A stretch of 64,000 nucleotides of DNA, taken from positions 5,977 through 69,976 of the IMG/VR virus record IMGVR_UViG_3300040809_001127. One strand, given 5' to 3'. Source of the DNA: a virus. The notes beneath the pieces were generated by a model, which saw nothing but the letters and a program-made list of their open reading frames with translations, did no database searches and was not told the DNA's origin. How positions within the stretch are numbered: position 1 is the stretch's first letter; each line of letters starts with the position of its first letter. Positions 1-9,244 of the stretch are shown piece by piece. A program made the position numbers and the translations under genes.

Positions 1-372
1 ATGGATGATGACAATCCAGCTGCATATAAAAAAGCTCCTGGAGATGCTGAAGCCGAAACCAAACCATCAAAGCATACAAAAAAATTCAAACAAATGTATG
101 GTGAATGGGCAGATCATTTAAACGAAGAAGACTTAAAAGTAGAAGCTAAAGGAACAGACGCAGCACTAAAGAAAAAAGCTGACAAGTCTGGTATGCCATT
201 AGGTATCTTGCGACAAGTATTTAATCGTGGAGTTGCAGCATGGAGAACAGGTCATAGGCCTGGAACTACTGCTGTTCAATGGGGATTGGCAAGAGTTAAT
301 TCATTTGTAACTAAATCAAAAGGAACATGGGGCAAAGCAGATAAAGACTTAGCCGCTAAAGTAAGGGGATAA
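1..372 (+). CDS. Hypothetical virion-associated protein, probably 5'-truncated by the window
   Basis: ORF open from base 1; block KSGMPLGILRQVFNRGVAAWRTGHRPG...WGLARVNSF resembles a domain common in aquatic viruses. Confidence 0.6.
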   Translation: MDDDNPAAYKKAPGDAEAETKPSKHTKKFKQMYGEWADHLNEEDLKVEAKGTDAALKKKADKSGMPLGILRQVFNRGVAAWRTGHRPGTTAVQWGLARVNSFVTKSKGTWGKADKDLAAKVRG

Positions 373-373
373 A

Positions 374-730
374 ATGACTATTAAGTTTAAAGAACTAAGA
401 GAAAAATACAAGGGTAAGTATCCGCCAGAAATGGTTGCGGCTGCAGTAAAAATTGCTCTTGATATGGCAGGTGCTATGACACCAGCAACAAAGAAGATTG
501 AAGCAATGAGACGTGGATTATCTAACGATCCTATTGTTAAAGATGCTTTAAGACAAGCTAATGAATCAGTAAATGAAGCAACCTTTATGATTACTGTACC
601 AAAAGGTGGACCTGGTGGTAAAGATCTTAATGTGAAGGTCATGGGTAAAGATAAAAATGATGCTGTAAAACAATGGCGCATGAAGAATCGTAAGTATAAA
701 AACGACGAAGTAGAAATTAAAGAACTATGA
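374..730 (+). CDS. Hypothetical protein, candidate internal head protein
   Basis: AGGGG RBS; N-terminus MTIKFKELRE resembles the T4 capsid-targeting sequence. Confidence 0.6.
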   Translation: MTIKFKELREKYKGKYPPEMVAAAVKIALDMAGAMTPATKKIEAMRRGLSNDPIVKDALRQANESVNEATFMITVPKGGPGGKDLNVKVMGKDKNDAVKQWRMKNRKYKNDEVEIKEL

Positions 731-1161
731 AAAAGTTTACAGAGTTTAGAAATCTAAAAGAAGACGGTCATGTTGATATTGACAATGTCAAAAATCAATT
801 GACTTCATTGCAGCGTAATGCTAAAGCAATAGAAGGACAATTAAATCCTAATACTGAATATCCTTCTTGGTGGATTAATAAACTCGTAAAAGCTGCAGAT
901 TATGTAGATACTGCAGCTGACTTTTTACAAACAAAAAAAGATCAAGGTGAAATAGACGAGGCACTTGTAGCTCGTGACATTGATATAGTACGTGGTATCC
1001 TTAAAGATCTTGAACCATATTTTTATAAAGGTTTACAAAAGGGCGATGAAAAGGTAATGGCACAATTAAATTCTATTGCTAAGTATGTAAATCAAGGTAT
1101 TACAAAATCAGGTCAAGCACAGAATAAGACCTTTTTATACAAACTAAAGAGAAAGTTATGA
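727..1161 (+). CDS. Hypothetical protein, candidate internal head protein
   Basis: ATGA overlap with upstream gene; N-terminus MKKFTEFRNLKE. Confidence 0.6.
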   Translation: MKKFTEFRNLKEDGHVDIDNVKNQLTSLQRNAKAIEGQLNPNTEYPSWWINKLVKAADYVDTAADFLQTKKDQGEIDEALVARDIDIVRGILKDLEPYFYKGLQKGDEKVMAQLNSIAKYVNQGITKSGQAQNKTFLYKLKRKL

Positions 1162-1487
1162 TTAGTTTTAAAGATTTTTTAGTAGGCAATCCTGCACAAA
1201 ACAAAGACGATTGGCTTGCTTATCGTAATCAGAGACGCAAAAAGTCAGATGGTGTTGGTGTAAATACAGAAGGCGAAGGCAAGTATAAAGGAGAGACTTG
1301 GGAAGATGGTTATAAGCGTAGAGTTGTAAAGACCACAGACGCTGAACATAAAGAACAAGGATTTAATTGGAGAATTAAAGGTAAAGAAAGAGACGAGATT
1401 TCTATTAAGTTATATAAAGAAAAACCTTCCTTCGATGAATATAAGAAACAAATGAAAAGAGTTGCCGGCCATGAGTTTGGTGGTTAG
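1158..1487 (+). CDS. Hypothetical protein, candidate internal head protein
   Basis: ATGA overlap; N-terminus MISFKDFL. Confidence 0.55.
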   Translation: MISFKDFLVGNPAQNKDDWLAYRNQRRKKSDGVGVNTEGEGKYKGETWEDGYKRRVVKTTDAEHKEQGFNWRIKGKERDEISIKLYKEKPSFDEYKKQMKRVAGHEFGG

Positions 1488-2148
1488 TTTTAATGATTAC
1501 ATACGTGAAGGGGCTGAAGATCCTGCAATTTTTAAAGCAGTTTTTCTAGCAGGTGGACCTGGTTCAGGTAAATCATTTGTTGTAGGTAAAACTTCTTTAT
1601 TAGCATTGGGATTTAAATTAATTAATTCTGATGAATTATTTGAAAAAGGATTAAAGAAAGCTGGAATGACTATGAACCCTGATGATATTTTTTCAGTTCG
1701 TGGTCAAGAAGTAAGAGCAAAGGCAAAGGCTCTTACTAAATTAAAAATGGACATGCATTTAAAAGGTAGACTAGGACTTGTTATTGATGGCACTGGTAAA
1801 GACTATGCCAAAATTAAAAAGCAAGTTGATATGCTTAGAAGTATTGGATATGCAGTTCATATGATTTTTGTAAATACAGATCTAGATACAGCATTAAATA
1901 GAAATAAAATGAGAAATAGATCTTTACCAGATGATGAAGTAAAAAGAATGTGGTCAGATGTACAAAATAATATTGGTAAATTTCAAGGATTATTTAGAAA
2001 TAGAATGACAATTGTAGATAATTCAAGCGGTTCTGATGTAAGTAGATCTACATTAGAAGCATATAAAGATATAGCTGCTTGGGCAAAAAGACCACCAGAA
2101 AATAGTCTGGCTCAAAAGTGGTTAAAGCAAGCAAGAGGTAGTAAGTGA
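1462..2148 (+). CDS. Zeta-toxin/AAA_33-like P-loop kinase (start probably GTG 1480)
   Basis: Walker A AVFLAGGPGSGKS, INSDE, LVIDGTG, lid motif RNKMRNRS. Confidence 0.75.
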   Translation: MPAMSLVVSFNDYIREGAEDPAIFKAVFLAGGPGSGKSFVVGKTSLLALGFKLINSDELFEKGLKKAGMTMNPDDIFSVRGQEVRAKAKALTKLKMDMHLKGRLGLVIDGTGKDYAKIKKQVDMLRSIGYAVHMIFVNTDLDTALNRNKMRNRSLPDDEVKRMWSDVQNNIGKFQGLFRNRMTIVDNSSGSDVSRSTLEAYKDIAAWAKRPPENSLAQKWLKQARGSK

Positions 2149-2588
2149 ACATAAAAGAAAGAAATAAAATCGTATCTTCATTTAATCGTAAATGGAAATA
2201 TAGAAAAGATAAAGAACAATATGGCATGCTCGATGCATGGAAAGTAATTTATTCAGAGAATGCTGAAGGTAAATACGTAGGAGACTGCGAAGACTATGCA
2301 CTATCTATTCTATATAGACTTTGTGGTGAAAGCCATTTAAAAATGTGGTGGATGCTTATTACTCATCAAGCAGGTATTTGTTTAGTGGGTCCAAGTAAAT
2401 GGAAAGTATCTCATGCAGTACTAAGATATAAAGGCGAATATGTAGATAACTGGACTAAAAAGTTTGGCCCTAAATCTGCAATCGAAAAGAATCATACATT
2501 TCATATTGTATATGGATATGGATTAGCATATATTACAGCAATTAAAATGATTGTTAGTAAAGTTGTAAGAACTATAAAGGGGTCATAA
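2145..2588 (+). CDS. Transglutaminase-like cysteine proteinase (BTLCP/LapG-like)
   Basis: GDCEDYA (Cys), HAVL (His), VDN (Asp) catalytic triad pattern. Confidence 0.7.
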   Translation: MNIKERNKIVSSFNRKWKYRKDKEQYGMLDAWKVIYSENAEGKYVGDCEDYALSILYRLCGESHLKMWWMLITHQAGICLVGPSKWKVSHAVLRYKGEYVDNWTKKFGPKSAIEKNHTFHIVYGYGLAYITAIKMIVSKVVRTIKGS

Positions 2589-2890
2589 TGAAAACTTTTA
2601 AAGAAATGAGAGATGAAGTTATTGTTGAAAGATTAAAACCACACGATGGTAGAAAATCAAAATATTATGGTAAGCAATTTGATAGAAAGCTTGAAGTTAA
2701 AAAGATTAAAAATTTAATTAAAGGTATTCAAAAACTTGATAAAGAACTTCAACAATTTCAAAATAATGGCGGATTTTATGGACCAAGCAAAATATTAGAT
2801 GGTCTTGCTGATGCAGAAAATCAACTATATAATTACCAATGGGAAATTGAAAAAGGTAGATGGGATGGCGAAATAGAGTTGGATAGTTAA
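2588..2890 (+). CDS. Hypothetical protein, candidate internal head protein
   Basis: TAATG coupling; N-terminus MKTFKEMRDE. Confidence 0.6.
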   Translation: MKTFKEMRDEVIVERLKPHDGRKSKYYGKQFDRKLEVKKIKNLIKGIQKLDKELQQFQNNGGFYGPSKILDGLADAENQLYNYQWEIEKGRWDGEIELDS

Positions 2891-3249
2891 TGAAATCATT
2901 TAAAGAACATTTAGAAGGTTTTGGTTTATACGAAGGCGTGACTGTACCATTGGAAAGTCCAATGATTGAAGAGCCTGAGTTAAATAAACCTAAGCGTTCT
3001 AGTGGTGATAAGAAATATGTAGTGTATGTAAAAAATCCCAAGACAGGTAATGTAAAGAAAATAGAGTTTGGGGATGAGAAAGGTGGACTTACATCTAAAA
3101 TTAATGATCGTGATGCAGCAAGAAACTTTGCATCAAGACATAATTGCGATATGAAAAATGATAAAATGAAAGCGGGCTATTGGGCATGTAGATTACCAAA
3201 GTATGCAAAAGAATTAGGATTAAAAGGTGGCGGCAACTATTTCTGGTAG
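2890..3249 (+). CDS. Hypothetical protein, candidate internal head protein
   Basis: N-terminus MKSFKEHLE; KKYVVYVKNPKTGNVKKIEFGD...FASRHNC...AGYWAC block typical of marine T4-like phages. Confidence 0.65.
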   Translation: MKSFKEHLEGFGLYEGVTVPLESPMIEEPELNKPKRSSGDKKYVVYVKNPKTGNVKKIEFGDEKGGLTSKINDRDAARNFASRHNCDMKNDKMKAGYWACRLPKYAKELGLKGGGNYFW

Positions 3250-3517
3250 ACACGACTTTCCATTCCTTGAAGAATACGAGGTTAATGGAGAAGTTAGAGA
3301 GTTTGATGTATATCGTGAAGATGACGAATACGTTTGGCATCGCGACCATGAAGATAGAGAAGTAGAAGTTATGGAAGGAGATGGTTGGCAATTTCAATAT
3401 GAAAATTGCTTACCGTTATTATTACAAAAAGGTATGATTTTTGATATTCCTAAAGGCGAATACCATAGATTAATCAGGGGTGTTAATAATCTTAAATGTA
3501 GGATTATAAAAAAATGA
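3227..3517 (+). CDS. Small cupin-like protein
   Basis: WHRDHEDREVEVMEG and IPKGEYHRL cupin-type His motifs. Confidence 0.55.
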   Translation: MAATISGRHDFPFLEEYEVNGEVREFDVYREDDEYVWHRDHEDREVEVMEGDGWQFQYENCLPLLLQKGMIFDIPKGEYHRLIRGVNNLKCRIIKK

Positions 3518-3825
3518 GCAATCAAGAAGAAAGAGTATATACAATCCAATCATCTAGAATTGATCGTCTAGAAGAGAAAATAGATCAAATGGCAGATGCT
3601 ATTGTTGCTCTTGCTCGTGCAGAGGAAAAAATTCATACTTTGTCAGAATTTAATAGACAACAATCAGAACAGATGCAAACTGTTATAAATAGATTAGATC
3701 GAGTTGAAGCACTAGTTAACAGCAATGCTAACACGGTCAATGTTATTAATAAAGTATTCTGGATTGTAGTAGTAGGTTTAATATCTGCAATTACATATGA
3801 ATACATTACACATTTAGGGAGCTAA
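3514..3825 (+). CDS. Coiled-coil protein with C-terminal membrane anchor
   Basis: Heptad-rich N-terminal part; hydrophobic VFWIVVVGLISAI. Confidence 0.6.
   Translation: MSNQEERVYTIQSSRIDRLEEKIDQMADAIVALARAEEKIHTLSEFNRQQSEQMQTVINRLDRVEALVNSNANTVNVINKVFWIVVVGLISAITYEYITHLGS
3684..3691 (+). promoter_or_regulatory. Possible T4-type late promoter
   Basis: TATAAATA inside a CDS, 135 nt upstream of ORF 3827. Confidence 0.4.
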
Positions 3826-3826
3826 A

Positions 3827-4333
3827 ATGAAATTTAAAGATGACGAAACTATAAGCATTGCTTCTACCGTAAAAGACGTGTTAGAAGGCAAAGCTGTTAA
3901 AAAAGAAGAAGAGGGTGAAGTAAAATATCCTCATATGATGTATGATCCGAAAACAGGTAAAGGCGTCGAGGCTAAGAACAAAGAAGACCACGAAGCACTT
4001 GCTAAAAAAGGTTATACTCATGAAAAGCCAAAGCTTGACGAAGTTGAAGAGCCTAGAGCAAAGGGTGAAAAAGACTTTAAGGCTAAACATCCAATCAAGA
4101 AGTCTGGAGAAAAAGAAGACGGAACAGTCGTAAAGGAATCTGAAAAAGAGGAAGACGACGAAGAAGAAGTCGAAGAAGAGTCTCCTAAGCAAGCAAAATA
4201 TAAAAAAGTATTCAATGCAGCTTTAAAAAAGTTTGGTGTTAATTCTCCAGCTGAATTAAAAGGTGATAAGAAAAAAGAATTCTTTGATTACGTAGATAAG
4301 AACTACGATGCTGGTGAAAACGAAGAAGACTAA
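3827..4333 (+). CDS. Highly charged hypothetical protein (possible prohead core-like)
   Basis: GGGAG RBS; E/K-rich; C-terminal ALKKFGVNSPAEL...KKEFFDYVD. Confidence 0.6.
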   Translation: MKFKDDETISIASTVKDVLEGKAVKKEEEGEVKYPHMMYDPKTGKGVEAKNKEDHEALAKKGYTHEKPKLDEVEEPRAKGEKDFKAKHPIKKSGEKEDGTVVKESEKEEDDEEEVEEESPKQAKYKKVFNAALKKFGVNSPAELKGDKKKEFFDYVDKNYDAGENEED

Positions 4334-4368
4334 AATTAGTTAGTCTTCGGACTCACTATATATAATAT

Positions 4369-4740
4369 ATGATGAAATTATTTGATAAACTGACTAATAA
4401 GAACTTTAAGCTATATGCTTCACAACATTATAATAATCCTGAATGTGTAGACATTGAGGAGTTTAATGAAGATCTAAGTAGATTTAAATATCTCAAAAGA
4501 TTGTTGAGAAGATACGAAGTTGATGATGATTTACAAGAAAGACTGATATTAAATCATCTTATAGTTCTATATAATGTGTTTGGTATAGAAGCTTGCAATC
4601 GTATGATTTGGTTTAAAATTGAACCAGAACATTGGCACTATATCAAACCATTTTTAGTTTATCTACATTACCTACCAGAAAATGAAAAGGTAGATGTAAT
4701 AATGGATCCGTATATTGTACAAGTGTTGAGAGAGCTATAA
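4369..4740 (+). CDS. Conserved hypothetical protein of marine T4-like phages
   Basis: YASQHYNNPEC..IEEFNEDLSRFKYLKRLL..LILNHLIVLYNVFG motif. Confidence 0.7.
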   Translation: MMKLFDKLTNKNFKLYASQHYNNPECVDIEEFNEDLSRFKYLKRLLRRYEVDDDLQERLILNHLIVLYNVFGIEACNRMIWFKIEPEHWHYIKPFLVYLHYLPENEKVDVIMDPYIVQVLREL

Positions 4741-5306
4741 TGGGATTATTATCAAAAGCAGCAGATACAATTTATGCCTTTAGATTTCTAAAGCTTTTGA
4801 CCACGCCTTTCAATAAGACTAAAGCATTTGAGCTTGGTATTATTGACGAAAAAGGCAAAGTTCTTAAAAAGTCTCGTGAGTTAAAAACAGCCGAAGAAAA
4901 ATCAGCATATACACACTTTCATAGACTTGTTTTTAACATTAAAAAGATTATTCCTGGTTCTACATTAGGTAGTTATGCAGCTGCTTTATTTTTATTAAAG
5001 GAACATACAGGAATGTCAGAGAAACAAATACTCGAAATATTAGATAATACCTTTAGTGAAGAAATGGATTTACACGGCTCTCAATGGTTTCTATCTGAGA
5101 CGAGACTTATACCTGGCAATTTTAAATTAGTAAGAGATATTGCTCATCCTCAAACTGGAGAGCTTATCGGATTAAAAGGCACATTCGTAGAAAATGTAAA
5201 TTTTAGAGAACCAGTTGGAAGCTTTTCTAATATAAATATATACGAAGTAAATCATAAGTTAACAAACCAAACATTATTGGTTACAAACCACGATATTACA
5301 AGATGA
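4740..5306 (+). CDS. Conserved hypothetical protein
   Basis: TAATG coupling; FRFLKLLTTPFNKTKAFELGIIDEKG motif. Confidence 0.65.
   Translation: MGLLSKAADTIYAFRFLKLLTTPFNKTKAFELGIIDEKGKVLKKSRELKTAEEKSAYTHFHRLVFNIKKIIPGSTLGSYAAALFLLKEHTGMSEKQILEILDNTFSEEMDLHGSQWFLSETRLIPGNFKLVRDIAHPQTGELIGLKGTFVENVNFREPVGSFSNINIYEVNHKLTNQTLLVTNHDITR
5231..5238 (+). promoter_or_regulatory. Possible T4-type late promoter
   Basis: TATAAATA 64 nt upstream of ORF 5303. Confidence 0.45.
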
Positions 5307-5551
5307 AACATTTAGACTTTAAAACATATATGAAACAATGGGAAGACGCTGCTGCTAATTCTGCCGGTGGAGGTGGAGTTGCAGGTATTGGTGTTGGTCC
5401 ACAAGGTGAACCTGGTCTAACTCCTGATCAAATCAAAAAACATAAAAAGAAAGTACGTTTATATGATGGCAGAACTAAGGAGGGTAAAAAGTTCGTACAA
5501 CGTATCCTCGCTAGGAGAGCAGCACGTGAAGCAAATCGTAAAGTGGATTAA
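5303..5551 (+). CDS. Hypothetical protein, candidate internal head protein
   Basis: ATGA overlap; DFKTYMKQWE followed by Gly-rich and basic segments. Confidence 0.6.
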   Translation: MKHLDFKTYMKQWEDAAANSAGGGGVAGIGVGPQGEPGLTPDQIKKHKKKVRLYDGRTKEGKKFVQRILARRAAREANRKVD

Positions 5552-5747
5552 AAACCTCTTCACCGGTCCTCGGTGGGATCTCACTGTAAGTTACAATACT
5601 ACATGGGGAGATAAAGACGATAAATCTTATACCGTTAAAAAGTTTAAAAAATTATCAGATAAACATATAAAGTTTATAGATAATAATGGTAAGTCAGTAG
5701 AGATACGTTCTACAGCTGGATTACATTATCGTATTGAGGAATTATAG
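5526..5747 (+). CDS. Hypothetical protein (start taken as GTG 5526)
   Basis: In frame with ORF 5463-5747; AGGAGAG RBS upstream of GTG. Confidence 0.5.
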   Translation: MKQIVKWIKNLFTGPRWDLTVSYNTTWGDKDDKSYTVKKFKKLSDKHIKFIDNNGKSVEIRSTAGLHYRIEEL

Positions 5748-6127
5748 TGTATCAATTTTTTATAGCAATTATTTTAATTTTAGGTGGTAGTAGTTATTGG
5801 TTATATAATGAAAACCAAATACTTATTGCAAATAATCAAAAATTAGAATATGCTGTGGAAGAACAAAAAGCTGCAATCGCAGCAATTCAAGAATCTTATG
5901 AAGCTCAGGGCAAAGCAATGCAAAATCTGCAAAGAGCAAATGCTCGTATAGAAGCTGAAAAAGATAGATACCTAGATATTTTTCGTAGACATAATTTAGA
6001 TAAATTGGCTATAGCAAAACCAGGCCTAATTGAAAATAGAGTTAATGGTGCAACAAAGTCAGTATTTGAGGACATTGAGAATGATAGCAAGAACATTGCT
6101 GATCTTGATAGCAACAGCTCTAATTAG
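5747..6127 (+). CDS. Putative inner-membrane spanin (Rz-like)
   Basis: N-terminal transmembrane helix then long coiled coil; overlaps a lipoprotein gene. Confidence 0.65.
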   Translation: MYQFFIAIILILGGSSYWLYNENQILIANNQKLEYAVEEQKAAIAAIQESYEAQGKAMQNLQRANARIEAEKDRYLDIFRRHNLDKLAIAKPGLIENRVNGATKSVFEDIENDSKNIADLDSNSSN

Positions 6128-6590
6128 TGGTTGTAGTCTATTAGGAACTAAAGAAGTAGAAATAGTAACTAAGCCTGTAAAGATTGAAATTATTCAACCA
6201 ACAATGCCAAGGGAAATTAAGCTGGATGTTCCCACTTGGTATGTAGTATCAGAAGCTGTAATTACCAATCCTTGTATTGAAAGATTGCAAGACGATGGTT
6301 CTATGAAAAGACCAAAGACTTGTATTTTAGAGGATAGAGAAAATCCAGATTGGCCTGAGGGTTATACGTATCTAGATAGGTTTCTAGATGATATGAAGAA
6401 AATTAACGGTGGTGATGTTGTATTTGTCGCTACTACAATAAAAGATTATGAAAAAATGTCTGCAAATGTTCAAGAACTACGCAGATATATTCGTGAACTC
6501 GGTGAAGTGATCGTATACTATAGAAACGTAACATTACCTGATGGTGAAAAAGCAGTTGGTATAGCAATTGAAGCCGAGGATAACAAATAA
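6081..6590 (+). CDS. Putative outer-membrane spanin lipoprotein (Rz1-like)
   Basis: ATG 6081 with GAGGA RBS; signal peptide ending in lipobox LISG-C; Pro-containing segment after Cys. Confidence 0.65.
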   Translation: MIARTLLILIATALISGCSLLGTKEVEIVTKPVKIEIIQPTMPREIKLDVPTWYVVSEAVITNPCIERLQDDGSMKRPKTCILEDRENPDWPEGYTYLDRFLDDMKKINGGDVVFVATTIKDYEKMSANVQELRRYIRELGEVIVYYRNVTLPDGEKAVGIAIEAEDNK

Positions 6591-6880
6591 TGTGGGGTTT
6601 AGTACTTTCAATTTTAAAATCTATTATTACAGCAGCAGCCAAAAATACTGCTCTTAAATTTCTTCATCCACACTTACTTAAACTCGATAAATGGTGCGAA
6701 GATAAACTTGGCATTGATATTATCAAACAAGATAAAAAGTTTAAAGATAAGTGGCCACTCGTAAATCAGAGACTAGAAGACTTAGAAGCTGATTCACACC
6801 CTCCAAAATGTCTCAAAGAGTTTGATGACTTTGAAGAGATAAATCGTCGATTGACTGAGATCGAAAATAAGTTAAAATAA
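6590..6880 (+). CDS. Hypothetical protein
   Basis: TAATG coupling, GAGGA RBS. Confidence 0.6.
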   Translation: MWGLVLSILKSIITAAAKNTALKFLHPHLLKLDKWCEDKLGIDIIKQDKKFKDKWPLVNQRLEDLEADSHPPKCLKEFDDFEEINRRLTEIENKLK

Positions 6881-6883
6881 CTA

Positions 6884-6912
6884 TTTACTTTTTGGCGTAA
6901 ATAGTATATAAT
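6884..6912 (+). promoter_or_regulatory. Sigma70-type (T4 early-like) promoter for nrdA
   Basis: TTTACT-N17-TATAAT in intergenic gap. Confidence 0.65.
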
Positions 6913-6923
6913 AGTATCTGTAT

Positions 6924-9236
6924 ATGAATGGGAACAACATAATGTCTATAAATGTCACTAAACGAGATGGTAGTCTCCAGCCATTTAATTTGGAGAAAGT
7001 ACACAAAGTTTTAGAATGGGCCGTTGAAGGTATCAGCGGCGTATCAATGTCTGAAATCGAACTAAAATCAAATATTCAATTGTTTGATAAGATTGCAGCA
7101 TACGATATTCATGAGCTATTGATTAAATCTGCTTCTGAACTTATTTCTGAACAAACACCTAATTATCAGTTTGTTGCAGCAAGACTTGTAAGTTATAAAT
7201 TACGTAAAGAAGTTTATGGTGATTATAAACCTTGGTCACTAAAACAACTTATTGTAGAGAATGTCAGCCGAGGCGTATATGATGGAGAAATCATGGAAAA
7301 GTATTCTCCTGACGAGATTGATGAGCTAGGTAATTATATTAAACATGAACGTGATGATACTTTTACTTATGCCGGCATGGAACAGTTTCGTGGAAAGTAC
7401 TTAGTGCAAGATCGCAGATCTAAGACTCCGTATGAAACTCCTCAAATGTTATATATGATGATTGCTGCAACTTTATTTAGTAATTATAAAGAAAACAGAA
7501 TCAAATTTGTTAAGGATTATTACGATGCAATTTCTCAATTTTATATCTCATTACCTACGCCAATCATGGCTGGAGTTCGTACGCCAACGAGACAGTTTTC
7601 ATCCTGTGTACTTATTGAGTCTGGCGACAGTCTTGATAGTATTAATGCTACTTCTACAAGCATTGTCAAGTATATAAGTAAAAAAGCAGGTATTGGTATT
7701 GGTGCTGGTTCTATTCGTGCTCTTGGCTCAAAGATTGGAGATGGTTCAGTTGTACATACAGGACTTATTCCTTTTCTCAAGTATTTTCAGTCTGCTGTTA
7801 AGTCATGTTCTCAAGGTGGAGTTCGTGGTGGTGCAGCAACTGTATATCTACCTGTATGGCATTACGAATTTGAAGATCTTATTGTACTAAAAAATAATAA
7901 AGGTACAGAAGAAACTCGTGTACGTCATATGGACTATGCATTTCAATTTAATAAACTTATGTATGAACGACTTTTAGAAGGTGGTAATATTACATTCTTT
8001 GATCCGAATGATGTGCCTGGATTATATGATGCGTTCTTTGCTGATCAAGATAAATTCAAAGAGTTATACGAAAAATACGAAAGAGCTCATAGTGTACGTA
8101 AAAAGTCTTTACCTGCAATAGAAGTATTTTCCATGTTCTTACAAGAACGTAAAGATACTGGTAGAATCTATATGATGAATGTAGACCACGCAAACGATCA
8201 TGGTGCTTTCGATCCAAAGGTTGCTCCAATTAAAATGAGTAATCTTTGTTGTGAAATTGATTTACCTACAACTCCATTAGAATCATATGATGATACTGCT
8301 GGTGAGATTTCTTTATGTACTCTTTCTGCAATTAACTGGGGTCTTATTAATGAGCCAAAAGAATTCGAAAAGTATTGTAATCTTGCAGTAAGAGGATTGG
8401 ATAATCTTCTCGATTATCAAAGTTATCCGATCAATGCTGCTCATGTAGGTACAATGAATCGTAGACCACTAGGCATTGGTATTATTAACCTTGCTTATTT
8501 CTTAGCAAAGCGTGGTCTAAAATACGACGAAAGCGCATATGATATTATTGATGAATATGCAGAAGCTTGGTCTTATTATTTAATCAAGGCTTCTGCTGAT
8601 TTAGCAAAAGAAATTTCACCTTGTATTAAAAATAATGACACAAAATATGCCCGTGGAGTTCTCCCAATTGATACATATAAAAGAGCGATAGATAATCTAA
8701 CAGAGTCAACAGAGCGTCTACCGTGGACAGAGTTACGTAAGCAACTCACAGAAACTGGTATTCGGAACAGTACTCTCATGGCATTAATGCCTGCTGAAAC
8801 GAGCGCTCAAATTAGTAACAGTACGAATGGTATTGAACCTCCAAGAGCTTTAGTATCATACAAACAGAGTAAGGATGGAGTCATGGCTCAAGTTGTCCCT
8901 GGGTACCATCACCTCAAAAATAAGTACGATTTACTATGGGATCAAAAAAGCCCAGAAGGTTATTTAGCAATTTGTGGAATTTTACAGAAGTATATCGATC
9001 AAGGTATTTCTGTTAATACGTCTTATAATCCTGAACATTACGAGGATAATAAGATTCCAATGTCTGTTATGTTAAAAGATCTCGTTACAGCATATAAGTA
9101 TGGTTTGAAGCAATTATACTATTTTAACACTTATGATGGTTCAGGTGAAATTGACGATCATCACACTTATGATACAGGAACTACTGAAACACAAACAGTG
9201 GTTGAAGAAGAAGACTGCGAAAGCTGCAAAATTTGA
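6924..9236 (+). CDS. nrdA: Ribonucleotide reductase class Ia alpha subunit
   Basis: ATP-cone (VTKRDG), QFSSCVLIE, SNLCCEI, LMPAETSAQISNSTNGIEP, C-terminal CESC. Confidence 0.97.
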   Translation: MNGNNIMSINVTKRDGSLQPFNLEKVHKVLEWAVEGISGVSMSEIELKSNIQLFDKIAAYDIHELLIKSASELISEQTPNYQFVAARLVSYKLRKEVYGDYKPWSLKQLIVENVSRGVYDGEIMEKYSPDEIDELGNYIKHERDDTFTYAGMEQFRGKYLVQDRRSKTPYETPQMLYMMIAATLFSNYKENRIKFVKDYYDAISQFYISLPTPIMAGVRTPTRQFSSCVLIESGDSLDSINATSTSIVKYISKKAGIGIGAGSIRALGSKIGDGSVVHTGLIPFLKYFQSAVKSCSQGGVRGGAATVYLPVWHYEFEDLIVLKNNKGTEETRVRHMDYAFQFNKLMYERLLEGGNITFFDPNDVPGLYDAFFADQDKFKELYEKYERAHSVRKKSLPAIEVFSMFLQERKDTGRIYMMNVDHANDHGAFDPKVAPIKMSNLCCEIDLPTTPLESYDDTAGEISLCTLSAINWGLINEPKEFEKYCNLAVRGLDNLLDYQSYPINAAHVGTMNRRPLGIGIINLAYFLAKRGLKYDESAYDIIDEYAEAWSYYLIKASADLAKEISPCIKNNDTKYARGVLPIDTYKRAIDNLTESTERLPWTELRKQLTETGIRNSTLMALMPAETSAQISNSTNGIEPPRALVSYKQSKDGVMAQVVPGYHHLKNKYDLLWDQKSPEGYLAICGILQKYIDQGISVNTSYNPEHYEDNKIPMSVMLKDLVTAYKYGLKQLYYFNTYDGSGEIDDHHTYDTGTTETQTVVEEEDCESCKI

Positions 9237-9244
9237 GGATATAA

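Noticed and set aside
4325-4348. Hairpin GAAGACTAA/TTAGTCTTC as terminator
   Set aside because: No U-tract follows; may be a processing or stability hairpin but unsupported.
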